Origin: an uncultured Gemmatimonadaceae bacterium
GTDB taxonomy: Bacteria; Gemmatimonadota; Gemmatimonadetes; Gemmatimonadales; Gemmatimonadaceae
Direction: 5' to 3'
Length of the DNA: 64,000 bases
NCBI GenBank assembly: GCA_963843845.1
Contig: CAWJMB010000002.1
Coordinates: 2,400,001-2,464,000, forward strand
Part shown: positions 1-11,027 of the stretch, piece after piece
Position numbering within the stretch: position 1 is the stretch's first letter
How the letters are laid out: each line of letters begins with the position of its first letter
Translations under genes and position numbers: made by a program
Notes under the pieces: generated by a model
What the model saw: only the letters and a program-made list of their open reading frames with translations
Databases searched by the model: none
What the model was told of the DNA's origin: nothing

Positions 1-22
1 TTCGGCCCTCAATCCACGCTTC

Positions 23-670
23 ATGCCATCGTTCGGCGAACTGCTCGATCGTCTCCGCGATCTCCCCGCGCTCGTACAGTGGGCGGGGTACGTGGGGATG
101 TTCGCGATCATCTACATCGAGACCGGCCTGTTCTTCGGCTTCTTCCTTCCGGGCGATTCGCTGCTCGTGACCGCCGGCCTGCTGGCGTCGCAGGGCCTGC
201 CGCTCGACATCGCCACACTCGGCGTCCTGCTCTCGGCGGCCGCGATCCTCGGCGACAACACGAACTACTGGGTCGGGCGGTTGTCGGGTCAGCGTATCTT
301 CACACGGGACGCGTCGTTCCTGTTCAAGCCGAAGCACCTCCGGCGCGCTGCCGACTTCTACGCCACGCACGGAGCCAAAACCGTGGTGCTTGCGCGATTC
401 ATGCCGATCGTCCGCACCTTCGCGCCGCTCGTCGCCGGTGCGGCGCGGATGCCGTACCGCACGTTCCTGACGTTCAGCGTCCTCGGCGGGCTGGCGTGGA
501 TCTGGAGCATGCTGCTCATCGGCTACTATCTCGGCCGCACCTTTCCGGGGGTGAGCAGGTACCTGGAGCTCATGATCATCGCCATCGTCCTGCTCTCGGT
601 CTCACCGGCGATCGTGAGCTGGCTCAGAGCGCGGCGCTCGGCGCAGACCGCCACCGGCACGGTGAAGTAA
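23..670 (+). CDS. DedA/VTT-domain membrane protein
   Basis: Motifs ETGLFFGFFLPGDSLL, GDNTNYWVGR, ARFMPIVRTFAP; several TM segments. Confidence 0.92.
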   Translation: MPSFGELLDRLRDLPALVQWAGYVGMFAIIYIETGLFFGFFLPGDSLLVTAGLLASQGLPLDIATLGVLLSAAAILGDNTNYWVGRLSGQRIFTRDASFLFKPKHLRRAADFYATHGAKTVVLARFMPIVRTFAPLVAGAARMPYRTFLTFSVLGGLAWIWSMLLIGYYLGRTFPGVSRYLELMIIAIVLLSVSPAIVSWLRARRSAQTATGTVK

Positions 671-736
671 CGACGCAGTACGCGCAGCCGACGGACGTTC
701 GGCGCGACGACCGACCTCATCCAACGGAGAGATCCC

Positions 737-1345
737 ATGCCCCATTCGCTCCCCCCGCTGCCGTATGCGAACGACGCGCTCGAGCCGCACATCGACGCGC
801 AGACGATGACGATTCACCACGACAAGCATCATCAGGCGTACGTCACGAACCTGAACGCGGCGCTGGAGAAGGCTCCGGCGATGGCGGACACGCCGGTCGA
901 GCAGCTGATCGCCGACCTCGATGCCGTGCCGGAAGCGATCCGCACCGCGGTCCGCAACAACGGCGGCGGGCACTGGAACCACACGAAGTTCTGGAGCTGG
1001 ATGGCTCCGAACGCGGGCGGCGAGCCCGGCGATGCGCTCGGTGAGGCGATCCGTACGTCGTTCGGCGACTTCGGAACGTTCCGCGACCAGTTCAAGGCGG
1101 CGGCCGTGGGCCGCTTCGGCTCGGGGTGGGCGTGGCTGGTCCGGAAGGACGGCAAGCTCACGATCACGAGCTCGCCGAATCAGGACAATCCGCTCATGGA
1201 CGGCACGCCGGCGAGCGACATCCTGCTCGGGCTCGACGTGTGGGAGCACGCGTACTACCTGAAGTATCAGAACCGCCGGGCCGACTACATCGACGCGTGG
1301 TGGAACGTCGTGAACTGGGGAGCAGTCGAGAAGACCGCCGGGTGA
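737..1345 (+). CDS. sodA: Fe/Mn superoxide dismutase, probably Mn-type
   Basis: [37 protein letters not shown] upstream. Confidence 0.95.
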   Translation: MPHSLPPLPYANDALEPHIDAQTMTIHHDKHHQAYVTNLNAALEKAPAMADTPVEQLIADLDAVPEAIRTAVRNNGGGHWNHTKFWSWMAPNAGGEPGDALGEAIRTSFGDFGTFRDQFKAAAVGRFGSGWAWLVRKDGKLTITSSPNQDNPLMDGTPASDILLGLDVWEHAYYLKYQNRRADYIDAWWNVVNWGAVEKTAG

Positions 1346-1432
1346 CGAACGGCCGGGACGACCGGGACTCGGGTCAGTCGGGACTCAGCACGAGGCCGAC
1401 GTCCGGGTCCCGCGCCGGCGCGGTCCCGGCGC

Positions 1433-2173
1433 TCACGCGCTCCGCAGCGCGCCGATCACCGCGCCTACCGTCCCGACGACGAACACGAGTCCGGCCGCGG
1501 TCCACGCCCACCCCTTCGGCATCCGGCCGACGACGATGAGGCCGATCGCGATGAGCGCGGTCGCCCAGAGCGTGAACACGTCGAGGCGGCCGATGACGGC
1601 GAGCAGCACGGGGTGCATCGCGCCGTCCAGGAAGCGCGCCGGGCTGAAGCTCATGCTGAGCTGCGTCGTCAGCTGCGACGTGTCGACGACGAAGAGGAGC
1701 ACGAGGTTGATGATCGCCGCCAGCAGGCGCGGTACGAACGCGTAGGTCGTGATCATCACCGCCTGTGCGTAGCCGGCCGTGCTGCCGAACAGCGCACCGC
1801 TCCCCCAGACGAGCAGCGCGATGCCGAAGATCCACACGGCCTGCCCGACGACCGCGGTGACGGCGCCGAGGGGACCGCTCGTGAAGCGCTCCTGCATCGA
1901 CGACATCTGCTGCGCCTGCTCGTCGGTCATCTGCGGGTTCTGCTCGCGCGCCTTCGCCATTCCCTGCGCCTGCATGTGATCGAACATCGGCTGCATCATG
2001 GGCCGCGACGCGACGAAGAGCGCGCTCGTGAGCACGACGTAGATCAGCAGCGCGAGTCCGAACCGTCCGTCGCGGCGCCGCGCGAACACCGTCGACGGCG
2101 CGTAGAAGATGTCGATGAAGTCCTCCCACACCGGGGCAGCATTCGTCGTGGTCTCCACCGCCGCGGTGCTCAT
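1433..2173 (-). CDS. Yip1-family membrane protein
   Basis: C-terminal part of ORF 1433..6427 from MSTAAVETT; IFYAPSTVF motif, about 5 TM helices; ATGA overlap with speA stop. Confidence 0.8.
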   Translation of the reverse strand: MSTAAVETTTNAAPVWEDFIDIFYAPSTVFARRRDGRFGLALLIYVVLTSALFVASRPMMQPMFDHMQAQGMAKAREQNPQMTDEQAQQMSSMQERFTSGPLGAVTAVVGQAVWIFGIALLVWGSGALFGSTAGYAQAVMITTYAFVPRLLAAIINLVLLFVVDTSQLTTQLSMSFSPARFLDGAMHPVLLAVIGRLDVFTLWATALIAIGLIVVGRMPKGWAWTAAGLVFVVGTVGAVIGALRSA

Positions 2174-4126
2174 CGCGCCGCCTCCCCTTCGAGGTAGGTG
2201 TAGCCTTCCAGGCCGGCGACGTAGTCGGCGACGAACGCGTTCGACTCCTGCCGAGTCAGGTTCTTGGCCGCGCCGACCTTCCGGCGCCACGTCGTGAGCA
2301 GCGTGGCCGCGTGGAACTGCACGTAGTTCAGCACTTCGGTCACCGTGTCGCCGTGCACCAGGTCGGTGATGTCGTAGCCGCGCTCGCTGAACTTGATGTG
2401 CACCGCGTTCGTGTCGCCGAACAGGTTGTGGAGGTCGCCGAGGATCTCCTGGTACGCGCCGGTGAGGAAGATGCCGAGCACGTAGTCGTCGCCGTCGCGG
2501 AACTCGTGCAGCTCCAGACTCGGCCGTCCGACCTTGTCGCCGACGAAGCGGTCGATCTTGCCGTCGGAGTCGCACGTCACGTCCTGGAGCGTGCCGCGCC
2601 GCGTCGGCTCTTCGTCGAGCCGGTGCACCGGCATGATCGGAAAGAGCTGGTCGATCGCCCAGTTGTCGGGGAGCGACTGGAAGAGCGAGAAGTTGCAGAA
2701 GTAGCGGTCGACGAGCGACGCGTCGAGCTCGTTGATGATCTCCTCGAACTCGTCGCGGTCGTCGTTCACGAGGCGCGAGATCATGTTGATGCTCGCGAAG
2801 AACAGCTGCTCGGACGTGGCGAGCCCGCGCAGCGTCAGCACGCCGCTGTTGAACAGCTGCCGCGCGCGGTCCTTGTCGAAGGTGGCGTCGTGGTAGACCT
2901 CCATCACCTTTCGCGGAGGAGAGCCCGCCCTTGCGCAGGAGCTCGTAGTCCTCGACCATCTCGTGCAGGATGGCGTGGTCGTCGTCGGACACCGTGGGGA
3001 GCGGCGGCTCGGCCTGGCTCTCGACGTCGATCACCTTCAGCAGCAGGAGCGCGTGATGCGCCGTGAGCGCGCGGCCGCTCTCGCTGATGAGGTGCGGCAT
3101 CGGCACCTCGTTCTCGCGGCACGCCTCGGCCATCGTGTACACGATGTCGTTCGCGTACTCCTGCAGCGTGTAGTTCACGCTCGCGTTCGACTGCGACGAC
3201 CCCGTGCCGTCGTAGTCGACGCCGAGCCCGCCGCCGACGTCGACGTGCGTGACGTCGACGCCGAGCTGGCGCATCTCGACGTAGAAGCGCGCGATCTCCT
3301 GGAGCCCGCCCTTGATGAAGCGGATGTCCGGGATCTGGCTGCCGAGGTGGAAGTGCAGCAGCTTGATGATGTCGAGTCGTCCGCTCTCGCGGAGCCGGTC
3401 GATGAGCTTCACGAGCTGCACCGAGTTGAGCCCGAACTTCGATTTCTCCCCGGCGCTCTGCGCCCACCGTCCGGCGCTCTCGGTCGCGAGCTTGATGCGG
3501 ACGCCGCACGTCGGCGTCACCCCGAGCTCGTCGGCGACCTCGAGCAGCACGTCGACCTCGCTGAGCTGCTCGATGACGATGAACACACGGTGGCCGATCT
3601 TCTGCCCCATGAGGGCGAGCCGCATGAACTCGTGGTCCTTGTAGCCGTTGCAGACGATGATGTGCTCCGTGCTCTCGGACATCGCGAGCACCGCCTGCAA
3701 CTCCGGCTTCGAGCCGCACTCCAGACCGACGCCGTACGGCTGGCCGAACTCGACGATCTCCTCGACGACGTGCCGCTGCTGATTGACCTTGATCGGGTAG
3801 ACGGTCGTGTACCCACCGCTGTACTCGAACTCCTTGATCGCCGCCTCGAAGCGCGTGCTCAGTTGCTCGATGCGGGAGCGGAGGATGTCGGAGAAGCGGA
3901 GCAGCACGGGAAGCCCGACTCCCTGCTCTTCCAGGTCGCGCGCGAGGTCCAGGAGGTCGAGCTCGCGCTCGCGGTGCGCGCGATCGGGGCGCACCACGAC
4001 GCGGCCCGCGTCGTTGATGTCGAAGTACCCGGCGCCCCACCCTTCGATGTTGTAGAGTGCGCGTGCGCGGTCGATCGTCCAGGGCTCGCGCTCGGGTGCG
4101 CCCTTCACCTGCGTCTCAGTCGCCAT
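2170..4126 (-). CDS. speA: Biosynthetic arginine decarboxylase (apparent frameshift near 2910)
   Basis: YPIKVNQ (PLP Lys), HFHLGSQ, DVGGGLGVDYDG, SESGRA in one frame; NFSLFQSLPD, TCDSDG, GAYQEILG in ORF 2170..2907. Confidence 0.93.
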
Positions 4127-4144
4127 GCGCGGAGAAACTAGACG

Positions 4145-5368
4145 GTGAGAACACTGTGCGGTATCGAGCGCGCTGGCCGTGCGTGCGTTCGGCTCGACTT
4201 CTCGACTGCCACGCTGGCCGCGACGGCGGCCGCGACGCTGGCGTCGTCGGCCTGCGCGCGGCGGGGCGTACCACCGCTGCTCGTCGCCGCGCCGTTCGCC
4301 GCGGACAGTGGGACGGTCGGCGCCGTCGCGCCCGGGGTGCTCCAGCGGTCGCTCTACGTCGCACGAGGGCCATGGGCGATCCACCTGCTCGACGTCGACC
4401 CGAGCCGCTGCTGGACGCTCGCCGCGAGGAAGGCGTTCGGCGAGGCGATCGGACGCGCCGGGACGTTGGCGCTCGCTCGCGAGCTGAACGCCGGCGGCGC
4501 GTACGTCGCCGGCGCCGTCAACGCGGACTTCTTCCTGTTCGTCCCGCCAGGCGTGCCGACCGGGCTGCACGTCGAACACGGCGCGCTGATCACCGGCCCC
4601 GTCGCTCGCCCCGCCGTGATCGTCGACTCGGCGGGCGCCATTCATCTGGAGCCCGCGTCGGTGGTCGGGACAATCTCCGTGAACGGCCGCGGCGCGACGC
4701 CGCTCGCGGCGTGGAATCGCGGCAGCGCACGCGGCGTTGCGCTCTTCGATCCACGCTACGGTCCGATGACCGACTCCGCCGGCGTGCGACGCTTCGCGCA
4801 CCTCGCGGCGAACGGCGTCGTGACGCGCATCGACAGCGGCACGCGCGTCGGCATCGAGGGCGACACGCGTGTGCTCACGCTTCCTCGCGACTCGTCGTTC
4901 GCCGTACGCGTCGGCGACACGGTGCGCGTCGAGGCGCGCGTGGTGCCGCACGGGCCGCGCGACGCCGTGTCCGGGCGGCCCATGCTCGTGCGCGACAGCG
5001 CCGTCGCGAGCGAGGTGGACACGACCGGCGACGCCGGGTTCCGCGGCCGGAATCCGCGCACCGCGGTCGGGATCCGCGGCGACGGCCGGTTGCTGCTCGT
5101 CGTCGTCGACGGGCGGCAGCCCGGCTACAGCGAGGGGATGTCGCTTCGCGAGCTCGCCGACTTCTTCCTCGCCGCCGGGGCGACGCAGGCGCTCAACCTC
5201 GACGGCGGCGGCTCGTCGACGCTCGTCGCGCGGACCGCGACGACCGCCTCCGGAAGCTTCGCCATCGTGAATCGCCCGAGCGACGCCGTCGGCGAACGGC
5301 CGGTCGCCAACGCCCTCGCGGTCGTGCGTGGCTGCGGCGCAAGCCGGCCGAGCGCCGCGGCGCGCTGA
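4145..5368 (+). CDS. Phosphodiester glycosidase (NAGPA/DUF2233-like), possibly a lipoprotein; start uncertain
   Basis: AVNADFF, NPRTAVG, VDGRQPGYSEG, ALNLDGGGSS, NRPSD motifs; LASSAC lipobox-like. Confidence 0.85.
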   Translation: MRTLCGIERAGRACVRLDFSTATLAATAAATLASSACARRGVPPLLVAAPFAADSGTVGAVAPGVLQRSLYVARGPWAIHLLDVDPSRCWTLAARKAFGEAIGRAGTLALARELNAGGAYVAGAVNADFFLFVPPGVPTGLHVEHGALITGPVARPAVIVDSAGAIHLEPASVVGTISVNGRGATPLAAWNRGSARGVALFDPRYGPMTDSAGVRRFAHLAANGVVTRIDSGTRVGIEGDTRVLTLPRDSSFAVRVGDTVRVEARVVPHGPRDAVSGRPMLVRDSAVASEVDTTGDAGFRGRNPRTAVGIRGDGRLLLVVVDGRQPGYSEGMSLRELADFFLAAGATQALNLDGGGSSTLVARTATTASGSFAIVNRPSDAVGERPVANALAVVRGCGASRPSAAAR

Positions 5369-5371
5369 CTC

Positions 5372-6454
5372 ATGGCCGACCAGCCGCACACGCCCTGGCT
5401 GGCGTCGCTGCTGCGCGCCGCCGCGTCGGTCGAGGGGGGCGTGGACGCCCTTCGCTATGGGCTGCGCGGCCGACTCGGCGGCGAGCGCACGCCGCGCATC
5501 GCAGCGTACCGCACGTACGGCACCGTCGACCGCCTTCACGTCATCGGCCGCGTGCTGCGCGACGCGCCGCTCCCCCCGGCGAGTGCGGACGCGAGCGCGT
5601 GGCGCAACATGGTCGACACGTACCGCCGATTCGAGACCGACGAAGTGCCGGGCGCTCGCGTGCGTATGGCCGCGCACGGCGTGGTCGCGCAGACGAGCGC
5701 GAACGGCGAGGGGTACTTCGAGGACACGCTCGCGCTGGCAGCGCCGACGACGCCCGGCGTGCACGACGTGCGCCTCACGCTGCTGGCCCCCGCCGCCGAG
5801 CCGCCGGCGAGCGCGGTCGCGCACGTGCACGTGCCCGCCGCGACCGCGCGCTTCGGCATCGTGAGCGACATCGACGACACCGTGATCCGGACGGACGTGG
5901 TCGACCTGGTTCGACTCGCCCGGTCCGTGCTGATGGGCAACGCGCGCACCCGGCTCCCCTTCCCCGGCGTCGCCGACCTGTACCAGGCGCTCCGCGCTGG
6001 TCCGGGGGGCGCGTGCGACAATCCGCTCTTCTACGTGTCGAGCAGTCCGTGGAATCTCTACGAGCTGCTCGAAGAGGTGTTCGCGCTCCACTCGATTCCC
6101 GCCGGCCCGCTGCTCCTGCGCGACTGGGGACTCGACGGCGGCGCGCTCCCGACGCGGCACGCGTCGCACAAGCGCGCCGCGATCGGGCGCATCTTCGAGA
6201 CGTACCCCGCGCTCCCGTTCATCTTCGTCGGCGACAGCGGGCAGGAAGATCCCGAGATCTACGCCGCGCTCATGCGCGAGCATCCGGGGCGGGTGCTCGC
6301 GGCGTACATCCGCGACGTGAACCCGGCGGAATCGCGGCGCGGCGCGATCGCGAAGCTCGCCGCCGAGCTGGCCGCGGAGGGGGCGACGCTCGTACTGGCG
6401 CCCGATACCGCGGCCGCGGCGCGACACGCCAGGGAGCGGGGCTGGACGGACTGA
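5372..6454 (+). CDS. App1-family phosphatidate phosphatase-like protein (DUF2183)
   Basis: SDIDDT HAD motif, YVSSSPWNLY, GDSGQEDPEIY. Confidence 0.88.
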   Translation: MADQPHTPWLASLLRAAASVEGGVDALRYGLRGRLGGERTPRIAAYRTYGTVDRLHVIGRVLRDAPLPPASADASAWRNMVDTYRRFETDEVPGARVRMAAHGVVAQTSANGEGYFEDTLALAAPTTPGVHDVRLTLLAPAAEPPASAVAHVHVPAATARFGIVSDIDDTVIRTDVVDLVRLARSVLMGNARTRLPFPGVADLYQALRAGPGGACDNPLFYVSSSPWNLYELLEEVFALHSIPAGPLLLRDWGLDGGALPTRHASHKRAAIGRIFETYPALPFIFVGDSGQEDPEIYAALMREHPGRVLAAYIRDVNPAESRRGAIAKLAAELAAEGATLVLAPDTAAAARHARERGWTD

Positions 6455-6505
6455 GCGTGGGCGGACGGCGGGACCGAGCGAGCCCCGCCGTCGCTCGATC
6501 GGCGC

Positions 6506-7099
6506 TCACCCCAGTTGCTCGATCTCGCGTTGCGCCCGCTCGAGCACGTCGCGCACTTTCTGCGCGACGTCACGATCGCCACGCGACCGGTTCATCGTCC
6601 CGAACGCCGCGCGCCCCAGCGAGCCGAACGCACCGGCGAGCTCGGCGACCGCTTCGACACCCGCGCCGGCCGTGCGGCCGATTCGCTCGAACACGTCGTC
6701 GGCGGTCGACCGATGCTGCGCGAGATAGGCGCGTCCTGCGTCGGTGATCTCGAAGATCTTGCGGCCGTTGCCTTCGTCGACGGCCCGCGCGTGGCCGATC
6801 TCCTCGAGCAGCGTCAGCGTCGGATAGACCGCGCCTGGGCTCGGCGAGTACGTGCCGTTCGACCGCTCCTCGAGCGCCTTGATGATCTCGTAGCCGTGGC
6901 GCGGCTTCTCGTCGAGGAGGTGCAACACGACGAGCCTGAGATCGCCCTGGTCGAACATGCGGCCGGCGCGCCGACCGCGGCCCCACGGCCCGCCGCGCCG
7001 CCCGGCGCCGAAGAAGCCCAGGAAGTCGCCGAGATCGCGATCGCCAGGCGCGCTGCACCACGCCCAACCGTCTGCCGTCCGTCCGAATCCTACGAACAT
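6506..7099 (-). CDS. PadR-family transcriptional regulator
   Basis: PRHGYEIIK, YSPSPGAVYPTL, RKIFEITDAG; Gly/Arg-rich N-terminus. Confidence 0.9.
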   Translation of the reverse strand: MFVGFGRTADGWAWCSAPGDRDLGDFLGFFGAGRRGGPWGRGRRAGRMFDQGDLRLVVLHLLDEKPRHGYEIIKALEERSNGTYSPSPGAVYPTLTLLEEIGHARAVDEGNGRKIFEITDAGRAYLAQHRSTADDVFERIGRTAGAGVEAVAELAGAFGSLGRAAFGTMNRSRGDRDVAQKVRDVLERAQREIEQLG

Positions 7100-7172
7100 G
7101 GTCGCCTCCCGAAGGTCGTTGCGATCGCGCACCCCCCGATGCCTCGGAGAGCGGGAGGGGGCGACGCTCGGG

Positions 7173-7961
7173 TCACCCGTCCCCGTCGAGCAGCCCTCCG
7201 ATCGCGCCGAGTACGCTCCCCTCCTGGCGGCGCGATCCGCCGGCGCGCGGCGAGGCGGCGATGATCCGGTCGGCGAAGCGGGAGAACGGCATGGTCTGCA
7301 GGACCACGCGCCCCGGTCCGGTCAGACTCACGAAGAACAGTCCCTCGCCGCCGAACAGCGCCGTCTTGATCCCCGGCACGGTCCGGATGTCGTACTGCAC
7401 GCTCGGCTGCATCGCGACGAGGCAGCCGGTGTCGACACGCAGCTCCTCACCCGGATTGAGATCGATCGACACGAGCGTTCCCGACGCGTGGACGAACGCG
7501 AGCCCGTCCCCCTCGATCTTCTGCAGGATGAAGCCTTCGCCGCCGAAGAAGCCCGCCCCGATCTTCCGCGTGAACGCGACGGTGACGTTGACGCCGCGCG
7601 CCGCGCACAGGAACGAGTCCTTCTGGCAGATGATCGTCCCTCCCCACTCGCGAAGGTTCACGGGGAGCACCTTGCCCGGCGTCGGCGACGCGAACGCGAC
7701 GTCGCTGCGCCGGGCGCCGCCGTTCGCGAACACGGTGACGAAGAACGAGTCGCCCGACAGCAGTCGCTTCCCCCCCGTGAGGATCTTCGCGAACAGTCCG
7801 CCGCCCTGCGCGTTGGGGTCGAGCGTCGTCGCCATCTGGATCCCTTCGCGCATGAAGAGCATCGCGCCCGCCTCGGCGACGACGGCCTCGCCGGGGTCGA
7901 GCGTCACGACGACCGCCTGCAGGTCGTCGCCGAGGATCGTGTAGTCGATTTCGTCAGCCAT
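7173..7961 (-). CDS. TIGR00266/AIM24-family protein
   Basis: AEAGAM, CQKDSFLCAA, GFFGGEGF, FGGEGLF, LQTMPFSR. Confidence 0.9.
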   Translation of the reverse strand: MADEIDYTILGDDLQAVVVTLDPGEAVVAEAGAMLFMREGIQMATTLDPNAQGGGLFAKILTGGKRLLSGDSFFVTVFANGGARRSDVAFASPTPGKVLPVNLREWGGTIICQKDSFLCAARGVNVTVAFTRKIGAGFFGGEGFILQKIEGDGLAFVHASGTLVSIDLNPGEELRVDTGCLVAMQPSVQYDIRTVPGIKTALFGGEGLFFVSLTGPGRVVLQTMPFSRFADRIIAASPRAGGSRRQEGSVLGAIGGLLDGDG

Positions 7962-7962
7962 G

Positions 7963-10956
7963 TCAGCGCGGATCCTGTGTCTCGGGTACGGACGACGTCT
8001 GCGCGGCGTTCGGGGCCGCCGCGCGCGGCGCGAGCTGGTCGCGCCCCTTCTGCAGGAATGGAATCCCCTTGTCCATCCACTCCGGCGCCGGCTCTCCCTT
8101 CAGCTTGTTCGCGAAGAACTGGTGCATGCGGCGGTCGACGTCGAGCTGGTTCGCGCGCTTCCGCGGGTTGTGCCCGTCGCCGTTGTAGTTGAGCAGATAC
8201 ACCTCCTTGCCGAGCCGCTTGAGCGCCGTGAACATCTCGATGCCCTGATACCACGGCACCGCCCCGTCGCCGTCGTTCGACATGATGAGCGACGGCGTCG
8301 ACACCTTGTCGAGGTAGAAGAGCGGCGAGTTGTCGATGTAGCGCATCGTCGACTGCCAGAGCGTTCCGCCGATGCGGCTCTGGCCGCGCTCGTACTGCTG
8401 CACGCGCGAGTTGCCGCTCTCCCAGCGGATGCCGCCGTACGCGCTCGTCATGTTCACGACCGGTGCGCCGATGAAGGCCGCCGCGAACACCGGCGTCTGC
8501 GTGATGATGTACGCGTTCTGGTACCCGCCCCAGCTCTGTCCCGCGAGCCCGACGGCCTTCGGGTTCACGAAGCCGCGCGCCTCGATCGCCTGCACGCCGG
8601 GAACGATCGACTTGACGGCGCTCTGCCCCGGATAGCCGGTCGTGTAGGCGACATCGGGGAAGAAGACGACGTAGCCGTTCGACGCGTAGACCGTCGGGTT
8701 CACCGTGTTGCGCCCGAACGGCGCGTGATACTGATGCAGGTTGTCGCTCAGCGACTCGTAGTAGTAGACGACCATCGGGTACTGCTTCGACGCGTCGAAG
8801 TTGGCCGGCTTGTACAGCACCCCCTGCAACGGCACGCCGTCGATGTTCGTCCACCCGAACAGCTCGGCCGATCCCCACGCGTACTGCGACTGCTGCGGAT
8901 TGACGTTCGACACCTTCGTCAGCTTGTCCAGGGAACTGCCGGCCCACAGATCGCCGAACTCGGTGAACGTCTCGCGCGTGACGGCGTAGACCTCGGCGTC
9001 GGCCGCTTTCACCGGCGTGCCGAAGCGCGCGTCGGCCATGACGATGCGTTCCGGTGCCCCGTTGCCGTCGATCCGGTCGCGCCAGAAGCCCGACTGCTTC
9101 GTCCGCTGGTCGAACGCGCTGAGCAGCAGCGGTTGCGTGGGGTCGAGGACGATCGCGCTCCCGGCGCCCCCGGCGCGTCCGCGCCCGCGCCCTGTGCTCA
9201 CGATCCGAAGCTGCGTCTGCGCGCGCACGCCCGCGGAATCGGTGACGACGCGCGCCGGCCGCATCCCCGCGGGGTCGAGCTCCCACACGTCGTAGCGCGA
9301 GTACACGAGCAGGGAGCGGTCGTTCGGGGTCCACCCCGCCACGCCGTACGGCGACGGCTCGCTCGGCGTGTCCCACGTCTCGTCTTCGAAGTGCACGTTG
9401 CCCAACGCCGCGCTGACGTTCGTCGTCTTCCCGGTGCGCGTGTCGTACGCGCTCCAGTGCTTGTCGGCGTACCAGACGACGTAGCGCCCCGCCGGCGACA
9501 GCTCGGCCCGGAAGGGGAGCTTGGTCGCGACGGACTTTCGCACGCCGGTCTTCGGGTCGACCAGATAGACGTCGGTGCCGCCTTCACCCCAGAGCGCGGT
9601 GAGTGCGTACGGCACGTTCGAGAGCGCGAGCGCCTGCGTGCCATCCTCGCTCAGCGTCACCTGGGGCAGCGAGTCGTTCGAGAGCTGCACCCATCGCCCC
9701 GTGGCGACCTGATAGAGCGCCGAGTACGAGCGCCCGCGATCGCGCGAGGCGTCGAGGCGCTGCTGCGGTTGCAGGCGGGTGTCCTTGTAGTGCCAGAGAT
9801 CGAGAACGGCTTTGTCGGCGAGCGAGTCGGCAGGAATCGAGTCGGTCGGCGCCGGGGCGATGCCGAACGAGATCGCCGAGCCGTCGCGCGTGAAGGCGAT
9901 GCCACGTTCGCTCAGCATCGTCTCCGCCTTCAGCGCCGCGGGCGCGACGACCGCCCTCGCGGTCGCCGTCGCGCCGAGGCGCGCGTGGTAGAGCGCCATC
10001 TGCGGCTTCGCGGCCGCGGAGTCGGCGTGATCCGAGACGAACGCCACCTGTCGTCCGCCCCGGTCGAACGCGAGCCCGCGGTAGCTCCCCTTGCCGCTGA
10101 GCAGTGCGACCTCGTCGCCGAGTCCGGCGGTGCCTAACGACCGCGTCCACGCGCCGCTGCGCGCGTCGGTGCGCGACGCGGTCGTGTACGCCAGGAAGCG
10201 CCCGCTGTCCGCGAACGCGTATGCCGTCACGTCGTCGATGCGCGTCTCGCGGCCGCTCGCGAGATCGCGCACGACGAGTGTGGAACCGGTCTCCGGACGC
10301 CGCCCGCCGCGGCGCGCGGACGTGTCGGTCGCGATCGGGCGGGGCGTGCCGCCGGGCGTCGAGGCCGCGACGCCGGGCGTGCGCGACGAGTCACTCCCGG
10401 CGCCGGCGACGCCTGCCTCTGCCGGCTCGAGGAGATACGCGAGCCACCCGCCGCTCTCGCGCGGCATCGCGAACGAGCGCACGCGCGGCACGGTGGTCGT
10501 CTGCCCGTCGGCGAGCGACACGATCGCGAGCGACGCGCGCGGCTGCTGGTTCGCCGTCGCCCGTCCGCCGCGCCGCACCCGCTCGAACTCGGCGCGGGTC
10601 GCATACGTCTGCACGACGAGCACGCGCCCGTCGTGCGAGAACTGCGGCGCCGGCGCGGTGAACCCCGAGTCGGCGTTCGGCGTGAGCTGGGGGCGGCCGG
10701 TGTAGCCGCGCGGCACGCGCCACTCCGTCGCCGCGTTCGTCGCGCGGACGACGAGTTCGCCGTCACCGACCTGCGGCGTGACCGAGTACGCCAGCCACCG
10801 GCCGTCGCGGGAGAGCGTCGTGCCGTTGATCGAGCGCCAGATGTCGTAGTCGGCCTGCGTGAGCACGCGCCCCTGGGCGAGGAGCGGGCCCGCGGCGACG
10901 AGCGTGACCAGCGCGCCGCGGCCGAGCGAGCGGACGAGCGAGAAGTGCGTTCCCAT
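7963..10956 (-). CDS. Secreted S9 prolyl oligopeptidase family serine peptidase
   Basis: Signal peptide, beta-propeller-like region, GQSWGGY nucleophile, DGAVPW, GDGH. Confidence 0.9.
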   Translation of the reverse strand: MGTHFSLVRSLGRGALVTLVAAGPLLAQGRVLTQADYDIWRSINGTTLSRDGRWLAYSVTPQVGDGELVVRATNAATEWRVPRGYTGRPQLTPNADSGFTAPAPQFSHDGRVLVVQTYATRAEFERVRRGGRATANQQPRASLAIVSLADGQTTTVPRVRSFAMPRESGGWLAYLLEPAEAGVAGAGSDSSRTPGVAASTPGGTPRPIATDTSARRGGRRPETGSTLVVRDLASGRETRIDDVTAYAFADSGRFLAYTTASRTDARSGAWTRSLGTAGLGDEVALLSGKGSYRGLAFDRGGRQVAFVSDHADSAAAKPQMALYHARLGATATARAVVAPAALKAETMLSERGIAFTRDGSAISFGIAPAPTDSIPADSLADKAVLDLWHYKDTRLQPQQRLDASRDRGRSYSALYQVATGRWVQLSNDSLPQVTLSEDGTQALALSNVPYALTALWGEGGTDVYLVDPKTGVRKSVATKLPFRAELSPAGRYVVWYADKHWSAYDTRTGKTTNVSAALGNVHFEDETWDTPSEPSPYGVAGWTPNDRSLLVYSRYDVWELDPAGMRPARVVTDSAGVRAQTQLRIVSTGRGRGRAGGAGSAIVLDPTQPLLLSAFDQRTKQSGFWRDRIDGNGAPERIVMADARFGTPVKAADAEVYAVTRETFTEFGDLWAGSSLDKLTKVSNVNPQQSQYAWGSAELFGWTNIDGVPLQGVLYKPANFDASKQYPMVVYYYESLSDNLHQYHAPFGRNTVNPTVYASNGYVVFFPDVAYTTGYPGQSAVKSIVPGVQAIEARGFVNPKAVGLAGQSWGGYQNAYIITQTPVFAAAFIGAPVVNMTSAYGGIRWESGNSRVQQYERGQSRIGGTLWQSTMRYIDNSPLFYLDKVSTPSLIMSNDGDGAVPWYQGIEMFTALKRLGKEVYLLNYNGDGHNPRKRANQLDVDRRMHQFFANKLKGEPAPEWMDKGIPFLQKGRDQLAPRAAAPNAAQTSSVPETQDPR

Positions 10957-11027
10957 ACGAGGAATGAGTCAGGAGGAACGAGGCGACGAACCGCACCAAA
11001 GCTACGACACGCTCATAGTTTCCGCGC

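Noticed and set aside
1433..6427. 1664-aa ORF suggesting a giant SpeA-Yip1 fusion
   Set aside because: Composite of antisense shadow sequence, the speA N-terminus, an off-frame stretch caused by a frameshift, and Yip1.
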